A stretch of 63,803 bases of DNA, counting the filler, from an uncultured Methanosarcinales archaeon (GTDB lineage Archaea > Nanobdellota > Nanobdellia > Woesearchaeales > GW2011-AR9): the NCBI GenBank assembly GCA_964434885.1. It is 4 parts of 4 records of this genome, joined end to end, with 100 filler letters (N's around TTAATTAATTAA, not from the genome) between each part and the next. Parts side by side here need not be neighbours in the genome. Positions count along the whole stretch, not along the records: positions 1 to 17,386 come from CAYSWQ010000016.1; positions 17,487 to 34,098 come from CAYSWQ010000017.1; 2 more parts are not named here. The stretch is one strand, 5' to 3'. The notes below the pieces were generated by a model that did no database searches, was not told where the DNA came from, and was given only the letters and a program-made list of their open reading frames with translations. Below, piece by piece: positions 10,493 to 20,538 of this stretch (position 1 is the stretch's first letter; every line of letters starts with the position of its first letter). Both the position numbers and the translations under genes were made by a program.

Positions 10493-11527
10493 GTGAAAGA
10501 AAGTTTGATAAAAAATATGAGATTATTTTCATTCATTAAAAAAAGAATTGAGAGAAGTTCTTTAAAAGAATTTTTGTTAAAAATAATTCAAATTAATGTA
10601 GTTTATGCGTTCTATTCAAAACTTTATTTTAATAAAGCAAAAAATGTTGTTCCTCCAACACTTAAGCCAAAAGCAATTTTTGTTGAAACTTTTAATGTTT
10701 GTAATGCCAGATGCACTATGTGCCCATATCTAAAAATGACAAGACAAAAGGTAAGGATGGATATAGATCTTTTTTGTAAAATTATAGATGATGCTGAAAG
10801 GGAAGGAATTAAAAGAGTAGGATTACACTTTTATAATGAACCTTTAATGGATTCGCATCTCTTCAAAAAAATAGCTTATGTTAAAAAGAAAGGTTTAGAC
10901 GTTTTGTTTTTTTCCAATGGCTCATTAATGGACAAAGAAATTGCTGGCAAAATTTTGTCATCTCAAGTTGATGAAATTTACTTTAGTGTGGATGGTGCGA
11001 GCAAGAAAACTTATGAAAAAATACGAGTTGGATTAAATTATGAGAAAACCAGGGAAAATATTAGGTATTTAAAAAAAGAGCGAGATAGAAAAAATCTAAA
11101 GAAACCAAAAATGTACATTAATTTCGTAATCCAAAAATCTAATCTTTCTGAACAGGTTTCTCTTCTGGAATCCTGGAATTCTTTTGTGGACAAAATAAAT
11201 TGGGGTTACATCGATAATAGAAACGACCATAAAAAATGGAGACAAAAGAAATTAAAGCCTTTCCCTTGTAGGAGATTGTGGGATGGATTACAAGTAATGA
11301 GTGATGGACGCGTTGCTCTTTGTTGTGTTGATTATAATGGTCAAGTAATTATTGGAGACTTAAAAAAACAAACAATTTCAGATATTTGGCAAGGACAAAT
11401 TTTTACTAAAATTAAAGAGTTACATTTAAATGGGCAAGGAGATAAAATTGGTTTGTGCAAAAATTGTTCTCAGTTATACGAAGAAAGTGCTTTTTCTTGG
11501 TGGTTTGAAAGAGATATAACTTTATGA
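10493..11527 (+). CDS. Radical SAM protein with SPASM/twitch domain
   Basis: CNARCTMCP motif; C-terminal PCRRLW...DGRVALCCVD...IGDL...CKNC. Confidence 0.9.
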   Translation: MKESLIKNMRLFSFIKKRIERSSLKEFLLKIIQINVVYAFYSKLYFNKAKNVVPPTLKPKAIFVETFNVCNARCTMCPYLKMTRQKVRMDIDLFCKIIDDAEREGIKRVGLHFYNEPLMDSHLFKKIAYVKKKGLDVLFFSNGSLMDKEIAGKILSSQVDEIYFSVDGASKKTYEKIRVGLNYEKTRENIRYLKKERDRKNLKKPKMYINFVIQKSNLSEQVSLLESWNSFVDKINWGYIDNRNDHKKWRQKKLKPFPCRRLWDGLQVMSDGRVALCCVDYNGQVIIGDLKKQTISDIWQGQIFTKIKELHLNGQGDKIGLCKNCSQLYEESAFSWWFERDITL

Positions 11528-11549
11528 ACTTGTCAAATTAAATCTGACA

Positions 11550-11571
11550 CCACTAGTGAACATACTAGTGG
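11550..11571. terminator. Inverted repeat between convergent radical SAM genes (possible terminator hairpin)
   Basis: CCACTAGT-gaacat-ACTAGTGG perfect 8-bp stem. Confidence 0.4.
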
Positions 11572-11583
11572 AAAAATAAGATT

Positions 11584-12996
11584 TTAATTACTTGGCTTCA
11601 TTTTTAATGCTTTGTAATATCCAGATTTAACAATCATCCATTTCTTTAAAAAGTTTTTTTTGTTATTACTAGACAAAAAATCACCAACAGTTTGTTTTAA
11701 TTTATTACTAGAATAAACTTTTCCAAACTCAAAATAATTATTTAGTTCTTTTGCAGTTAAATTCTTATTTGTAAAATAGGAGTGGAATTGGTCAAAGTTA
11801 TTCCAATCAACCTTTTCTTCATCAATAACTCCTTTTTCTACAGCTTCTTGCCACAATACTGAATGAGGATAAGGAGTCAACATAAAAAAAGAGGCCCGGT
11901 ATAAATTTAATCTTCTAGCTAGTTTTATTGTTTTGACAATAGTTTGTGGAGTATCATTAGGAAATCCAACAATAAAATTCCCCCTTACTTTGATTCCAGC
12001 CTCTTTGGCTAATTTAACTGCGTTTTCGATTTGAGGAATTGTAATTTGTTTTTTAATATCACGTAATATGCCCTCATCCCCGCTTTCAATACCAAAAGCT
12101 ATTAATTCACATCCTGCAGTTTTTAGTTTTTTATACATTTCAAGATTAGCTGAATCAACTCTCCCTTGAATTATGAATTTGAGTTTAAGATTTGTTTCTT
12201 TAAGAGCATCACAAAATTGAATAACCCTGTTAGCATTAATTGTAAAATTATCATCAATAAACTGAAAATATTTAACACCATACTTCTTGTTAACTAATTT
12301 TATTTCTTGAATAATGTTATCTATTGAACGGAAATTTATCTTTTTAAATGAATGATGGTTTTTACTATTGTAACAGTAAGTACAAGAAAAAGGACATCCC
12401 CTAGAACTAAGGATATTTGAAAATTTTTGTCCTGTCGAAAGTGAACGATAACGATTCAAAGAAAGTAATCCTCTTGCGGGAAAAGGTATATCATCTAAAT
12501 TCTTGATAGGCTGACGAGGAGGATTTAATTTAATTTCACCTGCTTCTCTATAAGCAATACCATTAATGCCCACATAAGGGCCTTTTTTCTGTATTGCATC
12601 AACAAGTTCTAAGATAGTTTCTTCTCCTTCCCCATAAACTAAAAAATCAGCAGGAGATTCTTTTAAAGCTCTTTTGGGCATAGAAGATGGATGTTTACCC
12701 CCAATAATTATTTTAAGATCTAATTCATTTTTTATATCTTTTATTATCCTATTTGCACCAGAGAAAGAAGGAGTAGTACAAGAGACTCCCACGATATCAC
12801 AATTAAATTTTTTACATAATTTAACAATCTTATTTTTACTATATCCCTCAACATCAAAATCTTTAATTATTACTTTGTGATCATGATTCATTAATATGGA
12901 GGCGAGATAAGCAATACTTAATGGTTCTTGACCAAACATTAAAGGATTTTTAAATCTCTGAAGATTTGTTGATGCATTAATTAAGATGATGTTCAT
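11584..12996 (-). CDS. Cobalamin-binding radical SAM protein
   Basis: PLSIAYLAS, GGKHPS, GEGE, SRGCPFSCTYC, GIESG; same family as 3841..5259. Confidence 0.92.
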   Translation of the reverse strand: MNIILINASTNLQRFKNPLMFGQEPLSIAYLASILMNHDHKVIIKDFDVEGYSKNKIVKLCKKFNCDIVGVSCTTPSFSGANRIIKDIKNELDLKIIIGGKHPSSMPKRALKESPADFLVYGEGEETILELVDAIQKKGPYVGINGIAYREAGEIKLNPPRQPIKNLDDIPFPARGLLSLNRYRSLSTGQKFSNILSSRGCPFSCTYCYNSKNHHSFKKINFRSIDNIIQEIKLVNKKYGVKYFQFIDDNFTINANRVIQFCDALKETNLKLKFIIQGRVDSANLEMYKKLKTAGCELIAFGIESGDEGILRDIKKQITIPQIENAVKLAKEAGIKVRGNFIVGFPNDTPQTIVKTIKLARRLNLYRASFFMLTPYPHSVLWQEAVEKGVIDEEKVDWNNFDQFHSYFTNKNLTAKELNNYFEFGKVYSSNKLKQTVGDFLSSNNKKNFLKKWMIVKSGYYKALKMKPSN

Positions 12997-13149
12997 ATGT
13001 TTACCATTAATTTTTTATTTTTCGTTGGTAGTGCAGTATTTATAAATCTTATTTAACATTGTACTTTCTCAGTATATTTAAATACTTCTAATATAACCGA
13101 ATACAAAATATGGTGGTTTAAGTTCATGATAATATTAAATCATTTGTTT

Positions 13150-13182
13150 CATTACCTTTAAAAACAAATTATCTAAAGCAAA
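13150..13182 (+). promoter_or_regulatory. TATA-box promoter of the GT4 gene (leaderless or short leader)
   Basis: CCTTTAAAAA ending about 23 nt upstream of the ATG at 13187. Confidence 0.6.
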
Positions 13183-13186
13183 GTAG

Positions 13187-14362
13187 ATGAATATATGTTA
13201 TGTTAATCCAACCAATAATATTCGGAGACCGATTGCAGAATTATCTAATATTTTAGCTAAAGAAGGACATAAAATTACAATCATGTATCCAGAAAGTAAA
13301 GCTTGTCCAACTAAAAACTGGGTGGCTAATGAAGCAATTAAAAATGGCTTGATTAAGTTAGTGCCAATCAAATCTTGGTATTTCGCACCATTAAGATATT
13401 CTTTTCCTAATTTATTGCAATTGATTAAAGAGACTAAGAAAATTTATCGGAGCAATCACAAAGTTCATATTTGGGAGTATTATTATCCTCTGTCAATAGT
13501 TCCAATCTTATTAAGTATGTTTAGCAAAAAAAAGAGAGGAAAAACCATCCTCACTACTGATGGTTTTGTTGGTTATTCTTATTTACCTAAAGAACCAAAA
13601 TGGTTAGTTCCAGCATTTAAGATTTATACTTGGTGTTTTGGTCGTTGGTTATTTAAAATTCCGAGAACACTTACAACTTATGGAAAAGCCATGGTTCCTT
13701 TTGCCAGAAAAACAAGATTCAGTTTAAATAAACTAAATGTTATTTCTACAGGAATTCATTTGGAAAGATTTCAAAATGTTGATTCCGATAAAGTTAATGA
13801 TTTGAAAAAGGAATTCAAAATTGATGAAGATGAGAAAGTAATTTTGTTTGTGGGAATGTTAACCGAAAGAAAAGGTATTAATCAAGTTATTGCAGTTAGT
13901 AAAAGATTATTACAAGAAGGACATCAGATTAAAACAATATTGGTTGGTGATGCTCATGGGGATAATATCTACCAAAAATTAGTTGATTCTAAATATAAAG
14001 AAAAAATTATCTTTGCTGGGGGAAGAAAAGAAATTCCAGAATTTATGAAATTGGGAGATATCTTGTTTTTGCCTTCAGAAGGGGAAGGTTTACCTGGGGT
14101 AGTAATGGAAGCAATGGCTTCTGGATTGCCAATAGTGGCAACTAAAGAAGGTTGTACTCCAGATTTGATTGAAGATGGGAAAGAAGGTTTTTTGATAGAA
14201 ATGAATAATCGAAAAGAAGGTTATTATTTTGCTTTGAAGACATTGTTGGAGGATATTGAATTGAGGAAAAGCTTCGCTAAGAAAGGGTTAGAAAAGATTA
14301 AGAATTTTGAATGGGGAAGAGTGAAAGAAAAATATACTAAATTATATACTAATTCAAAGTAA
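13187..14362 (+). CDS. GT4 family glycosyltransferase
   Basis: ILFVGMLTERKG, LPSEGEGLPGVVMEAMASGLPIVAT. Confidence 0.92.
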   Translation: MNICYVNPTNNIRRPIAELSNILAKEGHKITIMYPESKACPTKNWVANEAIKNGLIKLVPIKSWYFAPLRYSFPNLLQLIKETKKIYRSNHKVHIWEYYYPLSIVPILLSMFSKKKRGKTILTTDGFVGYSYLPKEPKWLVPAFKIYTWCFGRWLFKIPRTLTTYGKAMVPFARKTRFSLNKLNVISTGIHLERFQNVDSDKVNDLKKEFKIDEDEKVILFVGMLTERKGINQVIAVSKRLLQEGHQIKTILVGDAHGDNIYQKLVDSKYKEKIIFAGGRKEIPEFMKLGDILFLPSEGEGLPGVVMEAMASGLPIVATKEGCTPDLIEDGKEGFLIEMNNRKEGYYFALKTLLEDIELRKSFAKKGLEKIKNFEWGRVKEKYTKLYTNSK

Positions 14363-16232
14363 CGTCCATCTCTTGTAAAATATCTTTAAGATTATCCAAA
14401 AAAGAAATGATGTCTTTCTCATTAATATCTCCCATCACAGATAATCTAAATGAATTCATTTTTCCAATTTTTCCAGGATAAATAGTAAATCCTTTAGTAT
14501 AAAGTTTATTATGTAACTGATTAAAATCAAAGTTTGGTGATGTGGGATAAAGAATAGTGATCAAAATCTTAGATTCTTCTTCTCTTTTTGTCAGAATTTT
14601 TAGACCTATCTCTTTAATCCCTTCTCTTAAAATTTGCCAATTTTTTGTATAACGAACAACTCTATTTTGATACCCTTCTACTAAAAACTCTTCAATTGCT
14701 TTCTTTAAAGCATATAATGTTTGTACTGGTGGAGTAAATCTCATCTGGTTTTTATTAATAAAGTATTCATATTGGTCGTACAAACTTAAATAGAATGATC
14801 GACGCGGGTAATGTTGGATTTTCTCTAGTTCTGTTTTTTTACAGATAACAAAACAGACTCCAGCCATCCCTTGAATACATTTGTTAGAAGTAGACATCAT
14901 AAAATCAATATTAAAATCATTAATATTAAGAGGTACTCCAGCAAAACTTGAAATCGTGTCAACAATGAATAATTTATTGTAATTTTTTACTATTTTTCCA
15001 ACTTCTTTAATGGGATTAAGTAATCCAGTTGTGGTTTCATGATGAATCATGGCAACACAAACAATTTCTGAATCTAACTTTAATTGTTCTTCTATCAGAT
15101 GTAAATCAGGTAAGCTATCCCACTCAAACTTCAATTCAATACATTCAATTTGATAAGCACGAGCAATTTTAGCAATTCTTTCCCCATAGGCCCCATTATT
15201 AATCACTAGAATTTTCTTGCCAGATGGAACAACTGAATTAATGGTGGCATCCATTGCAGCAGTGCCAGATCCCCCAAATAAAACACAAGCATATTGTTCG
15301 TCTCCCCCTGCAATTTGGATTAAATCATTTGAAATAGAATGCATTAACTCCCCAAATTCTTTTTCTCGTGGACAGATATCAGGAACAACTTGAGCAAATT
15401 TTACTGTATCTGTAGTGGTTGCCGGTCCAGGATTTAAAAGAATATTTCTTTGGATACTAGGAAAATTTAATCTATCTGTCGCAGGACTTATTTTTTCTTT
15501 TTTAATCTTGGGATAAATTTCTTCTTTAGCACGTTTTAAATCGTCTTCATTGTCAATCTCAATCCAATTCAAATCATTGCAAAATTGAGTATGGACAACA
15601 TGTCCTAATTTAGTAGTTGAAAAAACACATTCTTCATAATGGTATTGTTTCTCATTCTGAGCATAATCTTGTTCTGCCTGAGCAAAAAGAATAGGTAAAT
15701 ACTCTTTTGAATATTTAGTTATTCCAACTAATGCTCCACATGCTTTTTGTTTTTCTTCCTCGGAAATATTTTTACCCAAATTGATTAATTTGTTATTTTC
15801 ATCAGCACAGATATAAACATCATCTCCAGAATTAAGTAAATCGGCAACTAAAATAACATTGGGGTAGGGAGATTCTAAAATAGTTTGGATGGCTTTTTTA
15901 TCATATAATAAATCTGATTCTAAAACAACAATATCATCATCAACAAGACCTTGAAGAAGAGACAAAGAATACATACTGCCTGTTGATTCGTATTCAGTGG
16001 AATGAACATATTTTAACTGAAGACCTTGGTAGTTATGGCCAAATTTATCTCGAATAGAACCAGCATAAAAACCAGTAACAATAATCACTTCTTTTATCCC
16101 ATTTTCTTTAAGATTTTCTAAAGATCTTTCTAAAAGAGTTTTGCCATTTACTTCAATTAAACCCTTTGGTAATGATTCGGTCATGGGACGTAATCTAATT
16201 CCCATGCCTGCGGCCAGAATAACTGCTTTCAT
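14349..16232 (-). CDS. Fusion of a phosphonyl/phosphocholine-type cytidylyltransferase (PntC/LicC-like) and 2-aminoethylphosphonate aminotransferase (PhnW/AepZ-like)
   Basis: N-terminal MKAVILAAGMGIRL..PKGL, ESDLLYD, WIEIDNEDDL; C-terminal ILLNPGPATT, HHETTTGLLNP, VDTISSFAG, STSNKCIQG (PLP Lys), MRFTPP, GFTIYPGK. Start placed at ATG 16232. Confidence 0.9.
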   Translation of the reverse strand: MKAVILAAGMGIRLRPMTESLPKGLIEVNGKTLLERSLENLKENGIKEVIIVTGFYAGSIRDKFGHNYQGLQLKYVHSTEYESTGSMYSLSLLQGLVDDDIVVLESDLLYDKKAIQTILESPYPNVILVADLLNSGDDVYICADENNKLINLGKNISEEEKQKACGALVGITKYSKEYLPILFAQAEQDYAQNEKQYHYEECVFSTTKLGHVVHTQFCNDLNWIEIDNEDDLKRAKEEIYPKIKKEKISPATDRLNFPSIQRNILLNPGPATTTDTVKFAQVVPDICPREKEFGELMHSISNDLIQIAGGDEQYACVLFGGSGTAAMDATINSVVPSGKKILVINNGAYGERIAKIARAYQIECIELKFEWDSLPDLHLIEEQLKLDSEIVCVAMIHHETTTGLLNPIKEVGKIVKNYNKLFIVDTISSFAGVPLNINDFNIDFMMSTSNKCIQGMAGVCFVICKKTELEKIQHYPRRSFYLSLYDQYEYFINKNQMRFTPPVQTLYALKKAIEEFLVEGYQNRVVRYTKNWQILREGIKEIGLKILTKREEESKILITILYPTSPNFDFNQLHNKLYTKGFTIYPGKIGKMNSFRLSVMGDINEKDIISFLDNLKDILQEMDVTLN

Positions 16233-16317
16233 GAAATCCAATCAACAAAATAATAGTTTATATAAATTATGGAATTGGGGGCTTCATCGGGAATTAAGAA
16301 ATAACAATTAAATGAAT

Positions 16318-17386
16318 TCATTTCAAATTGTTCATGAATGCTTTTTTGTTTTCTACAGGTGTAGTAGTTGGTCGACCTAAATCTGCTCGGGCACCTTTCT
16401 CTACTTTAACAATCAACATGTAAGGGCCCTCTTGGCTAGTTAAATCAGCCATGGCAGTTCTTAGATCTACACTAGTTTCAACTGTTCTTGAACCAGCATA
16501 ACCATTAGCAACAGCTAATTGTTCAAAGTTAACATTATCAGCAGTAGTTGGTTGACCCCCAGTCGATTCATAAGCACCATTATCAAAAACAACATGCATC
16601 AAATTCTTAGGTTTATAATGGCCAATAGTTGATAATGAACCCATCCCCATGATAATTGCCCCATCCCCATCTAAAGCATAAATTTTTCGATCTGGTTTCT
16701 GTAAGGCAATTTCTCCAGCCATTGAGCTAACACAACCCATTGAACCAACCATTAAAAAATCTTTTTCATGACCTTGACCTAACTTTTCTCGGTACTCAAA
16801 AATTTCTCTAGATGCTTTACCAGTAGTTGATACTACTACATCCATTGGTTGTAAGGCGTCAAGCACAATTTTAATAGCATCTTCACGTTTCATATCATAA
16901 CTTTGTTTAATATTGCTTTGTCCAGTATATTTTTCAAATAAACCTTTACGCACAACTAAAGCAAAAGATTCTCCAGTAGAATCAATATGTTCTCTAGCTT
17001 CAGCAATAACTTTTTCTATCTCGCCCATCTCTCCAGGTAAGAGTTTATACTTAATTCCCAGTACATCTAATTGAGGTAAAGTTATTTTACCCATCTGAAC
17101 GTGTTGGGGTTCGTCTTTCTTACCAGGTTCACCACGCCAACCAACCATTAAAAGTAAAGGAATATCATAGACTTCAGGTGAAGTCAATGAAGTTAATGGG
17201 TTAATGGTGTTACCTAATCCAGAATTTTGCATGTAAACCACTCCAGTGTTCCCGGTAGCTACATGATATCCAGCTGCCCAAGCGACTGCATCACGTTCAA
17301 TAGCAGCAATTCGGTGAGTTAATCCTTCTTCTCCTCGTTCATCTAAAAAACTCATCCATGCCTTAAATGTACTATCTGGGACACCA
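16318..17386 (-). CDS. aepY: Phosphonopyruvate decarboxylase, 5' end cut by the contig end
   Basis: Frame extends to the gap as GVPDSTFKAW; VYMQNSGLGNTINPLTSL, GWRGEPGKKDEPQH, STTGKASRE, VGSMG, DGDGA ThDP motif, ESTGGQPT, LGRPTTTP. Confidence 0.93.
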
Positions 17387-17486
17387 NNNNNNNNNNNNNN
17401 NNNNNNNNNNNNNNNNNNNNNNNNNNNNNNTTAATTAATTAANNNNNNNNNNNNNNNNNNNNNNNNNNNNNNNNNNNNNNNNNNNN
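17387..17486. other. Artificial contig spacer
   Basis: 44 N + TTAATTAATTAA (stops in all six frames) + 44 N. Confidence 0.97.
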
Positions 17487-17592
17487 GGACAAAAATGTGC
17501 CTCCATTGGCGGTAGTGCTCTTGCCAACACAGTTAATTTGAATTAGCCAATTTAGAGAAAAAAATTTAAATCATTAAATTTTGTTATAATTT

Positions 17593-18228
17593 ATGGTGTA
17601 TCGAGAACCAGAAGAAACTATGGAACAAATCTTCGCTAGTGATCTTGCTGGAACCCTAGGGAGAAAATGTAGTTCTAAATGGGATTCACTTTTTGATCAA
17701 CCCATTATTTTAATCCATCTTGATAGAATTAAAGAAACCTTGATTTTAAACAAATACAAAGTTGATGATTTAATATTACTAAAAACTGATTCCGAGAAAG
17801 GAAAATATGAAGTTAGTGGGGAAAGATGGGTATTAATAACCAACCAGAACATCTTATTTGCAATTAAAATAATTCCAAAAAAATCTCCTACTTCTTTTCA
17901 AAGTATCAACCCAATAACTATTAAAAAGAAAAAAGAAGAAGTTAAAGCAGAAATTATTGCTGGCTTAAAAAGTGGGAAAAAAGAATTGTGCCGAACTTAT
18001 GTTTTTTTTGTTTCCAATAATCAAAAATTAATAAAAAAAATAAGAAAAAGAGAAAAATTATTTAGTTATGATCGTTTATTGGATTTGAGATTTTTTAAAA
18101 AGAAAATTATTGATGGGGAAGAAAATCCAAATTATTATGATAGTTTATCAACCTTAACAAAAAAGATTGCAAGAAAAGCAGTAATGAAATCTTTTGAAAA
18201 AATATTCAAAGAGATGACTAACCTTTAA
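17593..18228 (+). CDS. Hypothetical basic protein
   Basis: 211-aa ORF preceded by a TTTAAAT TATA-like box; no recognised motif. Confidence 0.55.
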   Translation: MVYREPEETMEQIFASDLAGTLGRKCSSKWDSLFDQPIILIHLDRIKETLILNKYKVDDLILLKTDSEKGKYEVSGERWVLITNQNILFAIKIIPKKSPTSFQSINPITIKKKKEEVKAEIIAGLKSGKKELCRTYVFFVSNNQKLIKKIRKREKLFSYDRLLDLRFFKKKIIDGEENPNYYDSLSTLTKKIARKAVMKSFEKIFKEMTNL

Positions 18229-18326
18229 TGATTGAATACAATTATTTTTGAAGTGAACTAAACCAACAGCTTTATATATGAAAAAAGTTTACTTCTCTCT
18301 ATTATTAAAAAAGAAGGTGGATTAAG

Positions 18327-19121
18327 ATGAAACTTACTAAAGCTATATTGCTAATTATTTGTTTGATTATTGCTAGTTCTTTTGTATTTGGGGCATCTGA
18401 AATTTGTGCCAACTTACTTGATGATGATGGTGATAAAAAAACAGATTGTCAAGACCCAGATTGTGCTGGTTTTGTCTACAACAACCCCACTACTAACCCT
18501 CTGACTGTGGGTTCCGAAGTAATTTGTGATGGTAAAACAAGTCAAATTTGCGGAGTAGGTTCAAATCCGTTGGGAAGCATCAGAAATATTTTCTTTAAGT
18601 TTGACGCATTATGTATTAAAGAAGAAAATAAGATTAAATGGCTACAATGTAATCCATTTGAAGATGTTGAAGGGCCAGGAAACACAGCTATTGGTTTACC
18701 AAACAACACAATTATCAATAAAAAATACCTCTGTCAGGATTGGAATGGTTGGGAATCTTGGATTGAATGTGGAGATGGCAAAGATAAAAATAATGGTGGA
18801 TTATATCGGAAAAATGGAGCCATCATGGGAGATTACATTTGTAAAAATAATGAATGGAAAAAGAAGTGTGACAAATTTGTGTGGATTGATGATGGAGATT
18901 GTTGCATAGATAAAAAAGATAAAGGAACATTTGAGGGATTTATGACTAACACTTATGCTACTATTTTAAAGTTTTTGCAATTAAAAACTGATGAAGGAAA
19001 TGCTGCAGCTTTAATATCTTTAGCTTTAGCCAATAGTCAATTAAGATTGTTTCATGAATCTTATGGTAAGGATAACAAAGGGAATGTTTGCGGTATGAGC
19101 AAGACAGCATCGGCAAGGTGA
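18327..19121 (+). CDS. Secreted Cys-rich protein
   Basis: Signal peptide; EICANLLDDDGDKKTDCQDPDC Ca-binding-like Cys motif; repeated Y.C...W..C units; GAAGGTGG RBS. Confidence 0.75.
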   Translation: MKLTKAILLIICLIIASSFVFGASEICANLLDDDGDKKTDCQDPDCAGFVYNNPTTNPLTVGSEVICDGKTSQICGVGSNPLGSIRNIFFKFDALCIKEENKIKWLQCNPFEDVEGPGNTAIGLPNNTIINKKYLCQDWNGWESWIECGDGKDKNNGGLYRKNGAIMGDYICKNNEWKKKCDKFVWIDDGDCCIDKKDKGTFEGFMTNTYATILKFLQLKTDEGNAAALISLALANSQLRLFHESYGKDNKGNVCGMSKTASAR

Positions 19122-19128
19122 TTGGCAA

Positions 19129-20538
19129 ATGAGATCCAAAACAATCAAGCGGAAATCAGTACCAACTACAAATAACAAAATGGCAATGGAGAAAAAACCT
19201 TTAGTTATTGCCTTGATTAGTTTAGTTTCTATTGGAGTTCTAGCTTTGTTGTTAATCTTTGGATCAGGCATGTTTGCTGGTAAGGCTATTTTTGATGGTA
19301 CTACTCCTAATACTGTCGGTTTGACTTTTGATGATACAATTTATCCTGCAAAAGAATTTAATATTACTGTAAGTGCTAATTTCGGATCAAAAGAAGTAGC
19401 TTTGTATAGTTTTGCTTTAAACGAAAAAACATCAGATATTATTCATTGCTTACCACCTAAACCAATAATTAGTTCTGCTGATAAAGCGAAGGGATGTACA
19501 GAAGAAGATTATGTTTTTGCTCCAAGTATTGGTCCAGGTAAAACACCTCTTGCACATATTGCTTACATTTTACCACCTTGTAGTCCTTTAACTGGAAAAG
19601 TAGATATTGTTAATTTAAGTTGTGCTATTAAATCAACTAACCTTCCTCAGAAGTTTGACATTAAATTGGATTCATTCTTAACTTTGAATTTAAAAGATGA
19701 TTTACCAATTATTATGACTTTAGATTCCAAGAAAGAAATAACTATTGGAACTTCTTGCTCTCCTACACAATGTTTATCAAATGGTAATTGTTTTGCTGAT
19801 AAGGAGATAGACACTTCTAACTTAAACAAAATCTGTGAAGCAGGCACATGGAAAGAATGTAAACATGAAGGGTTTACTAGTGGAAATGCCTTGTGTTCTA
19901 ATGATGGAACAAAGTATGTTTGGTTAAAACCCACAATTACACCACAATTTGTGGATTATAAAGCTGAAAATGGAGAATTTATTTTTGATGGCTCAAAGTG
20001 GGAAACTTGTGATAAAGATAACTTGGAATCTATGGCATTATCTAAAAAATATATTTGTGCTAAGACAAAAGATCAGCCAAAGAATGTTTACGAATGGCTT
20101 GATTCGACTTTTTCACCAGTAACTATTAATGGAAAAACATTCAAGTTTGTTAATGGAGAATGGCAAGAACAATCTTCCAGCACTTGCACTGATTCAGATG
20201 ATGGCAAAGATTATGATAATAAAGGCACTGTTACTTTAGTTACTGCTGGTTTAACATCATCAAAAACTGATTCTTGTGATTCTCAAGGGAAGATAGTTGA
20301 ATATTTTTGTACTGCGGAAAATGCAAATCAAATAAGCCAAGAAACCCACACTTGTCCAAATGGTTGTAAAGATGGTGCTTGTGGTAATTTACAACAACAA
20401 CGAGATAAAAACATTCAAAACATATTGGATGAAATAAAAAAAGAACTTAATAAATTCCCATTAGGTAAAGATCCAACAACCTTAGAATTACAATCTGCTA
20501 TCGCTAAAGCATTGAAAAGTGTTTTAGGTTTAAAATAA
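19129..20538 (+). CDS. Membrane-anchored Cys-rich surface protein
   Basis: TM helix followed by GMFAGKAIF; Ig/cohesin-like beta region; CTDSDDGKDYDNKGTV...DSC...VEYFC...CPNGCKDGAC module. Confidence 0.75.
   Translation: MRSKTIKRKSVPTTNNKMAMEKKPLVIALISLVSIGVLALLLIFGSGMFAGKAIFDGTTPNTVGLTFDDTIYPAKEFNITVSANFGSKEVALYSFALNEKTSDIIHCLPPKPIISSADKAKGCTEEDYVFAPSIGPGKTPLAHIAYILPPCSPLTGKVDIVNLSCAIKSTNLPQKFDIKLDSFLTLNLKDDLPIIMTLDSKKEITIGTSCSPTQCLSNGNCFADKEIDTSNLNKICEAGTWKECKHEGFTSGNALCSNDGTKYVWLKPTITPQFVDYKAENGEFIFDGSKWETCDKDNLESMALSKKYICAKTKDQPKNVYEWLDSTFSPVTINGKTFKFVNGEWQEQSSSTCTDSDDGKDYDNKGTVTLVTAGLTSSKTDSCDSQGKIVEYFCTAENANQISQETHTCPNGCKDGACGNLQQQRDKNIQNILDEIKKELNKFPLGKDPTTLELQSAIAKALKSVLGLK

Noticed and set aside
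14349..15450. PhnW as a catabolic phosphonate-degradation gene
   Set aside because: Fused to a cytidylyltransferase and adjacent to phosphonopyruvate decarboxylase, with no phnX/phnA or transporter; the context is biosynthetic
17387..17486. TTAATTAATTAA palindrome recurring inside N runs (also 34143-34154 and 49866-49877)
   Set aside because: Identical 44N-12-44N layout with stops in all frames: an artificial contig linker
16318..18228. Linking the phosphonate genes to the downstream Cys-rich surface operon, or the hydrolase operon to the macrodomain gene
   Set aside because: They lie on different contigs separated by artificial spacers, so the adjacency is not evidence
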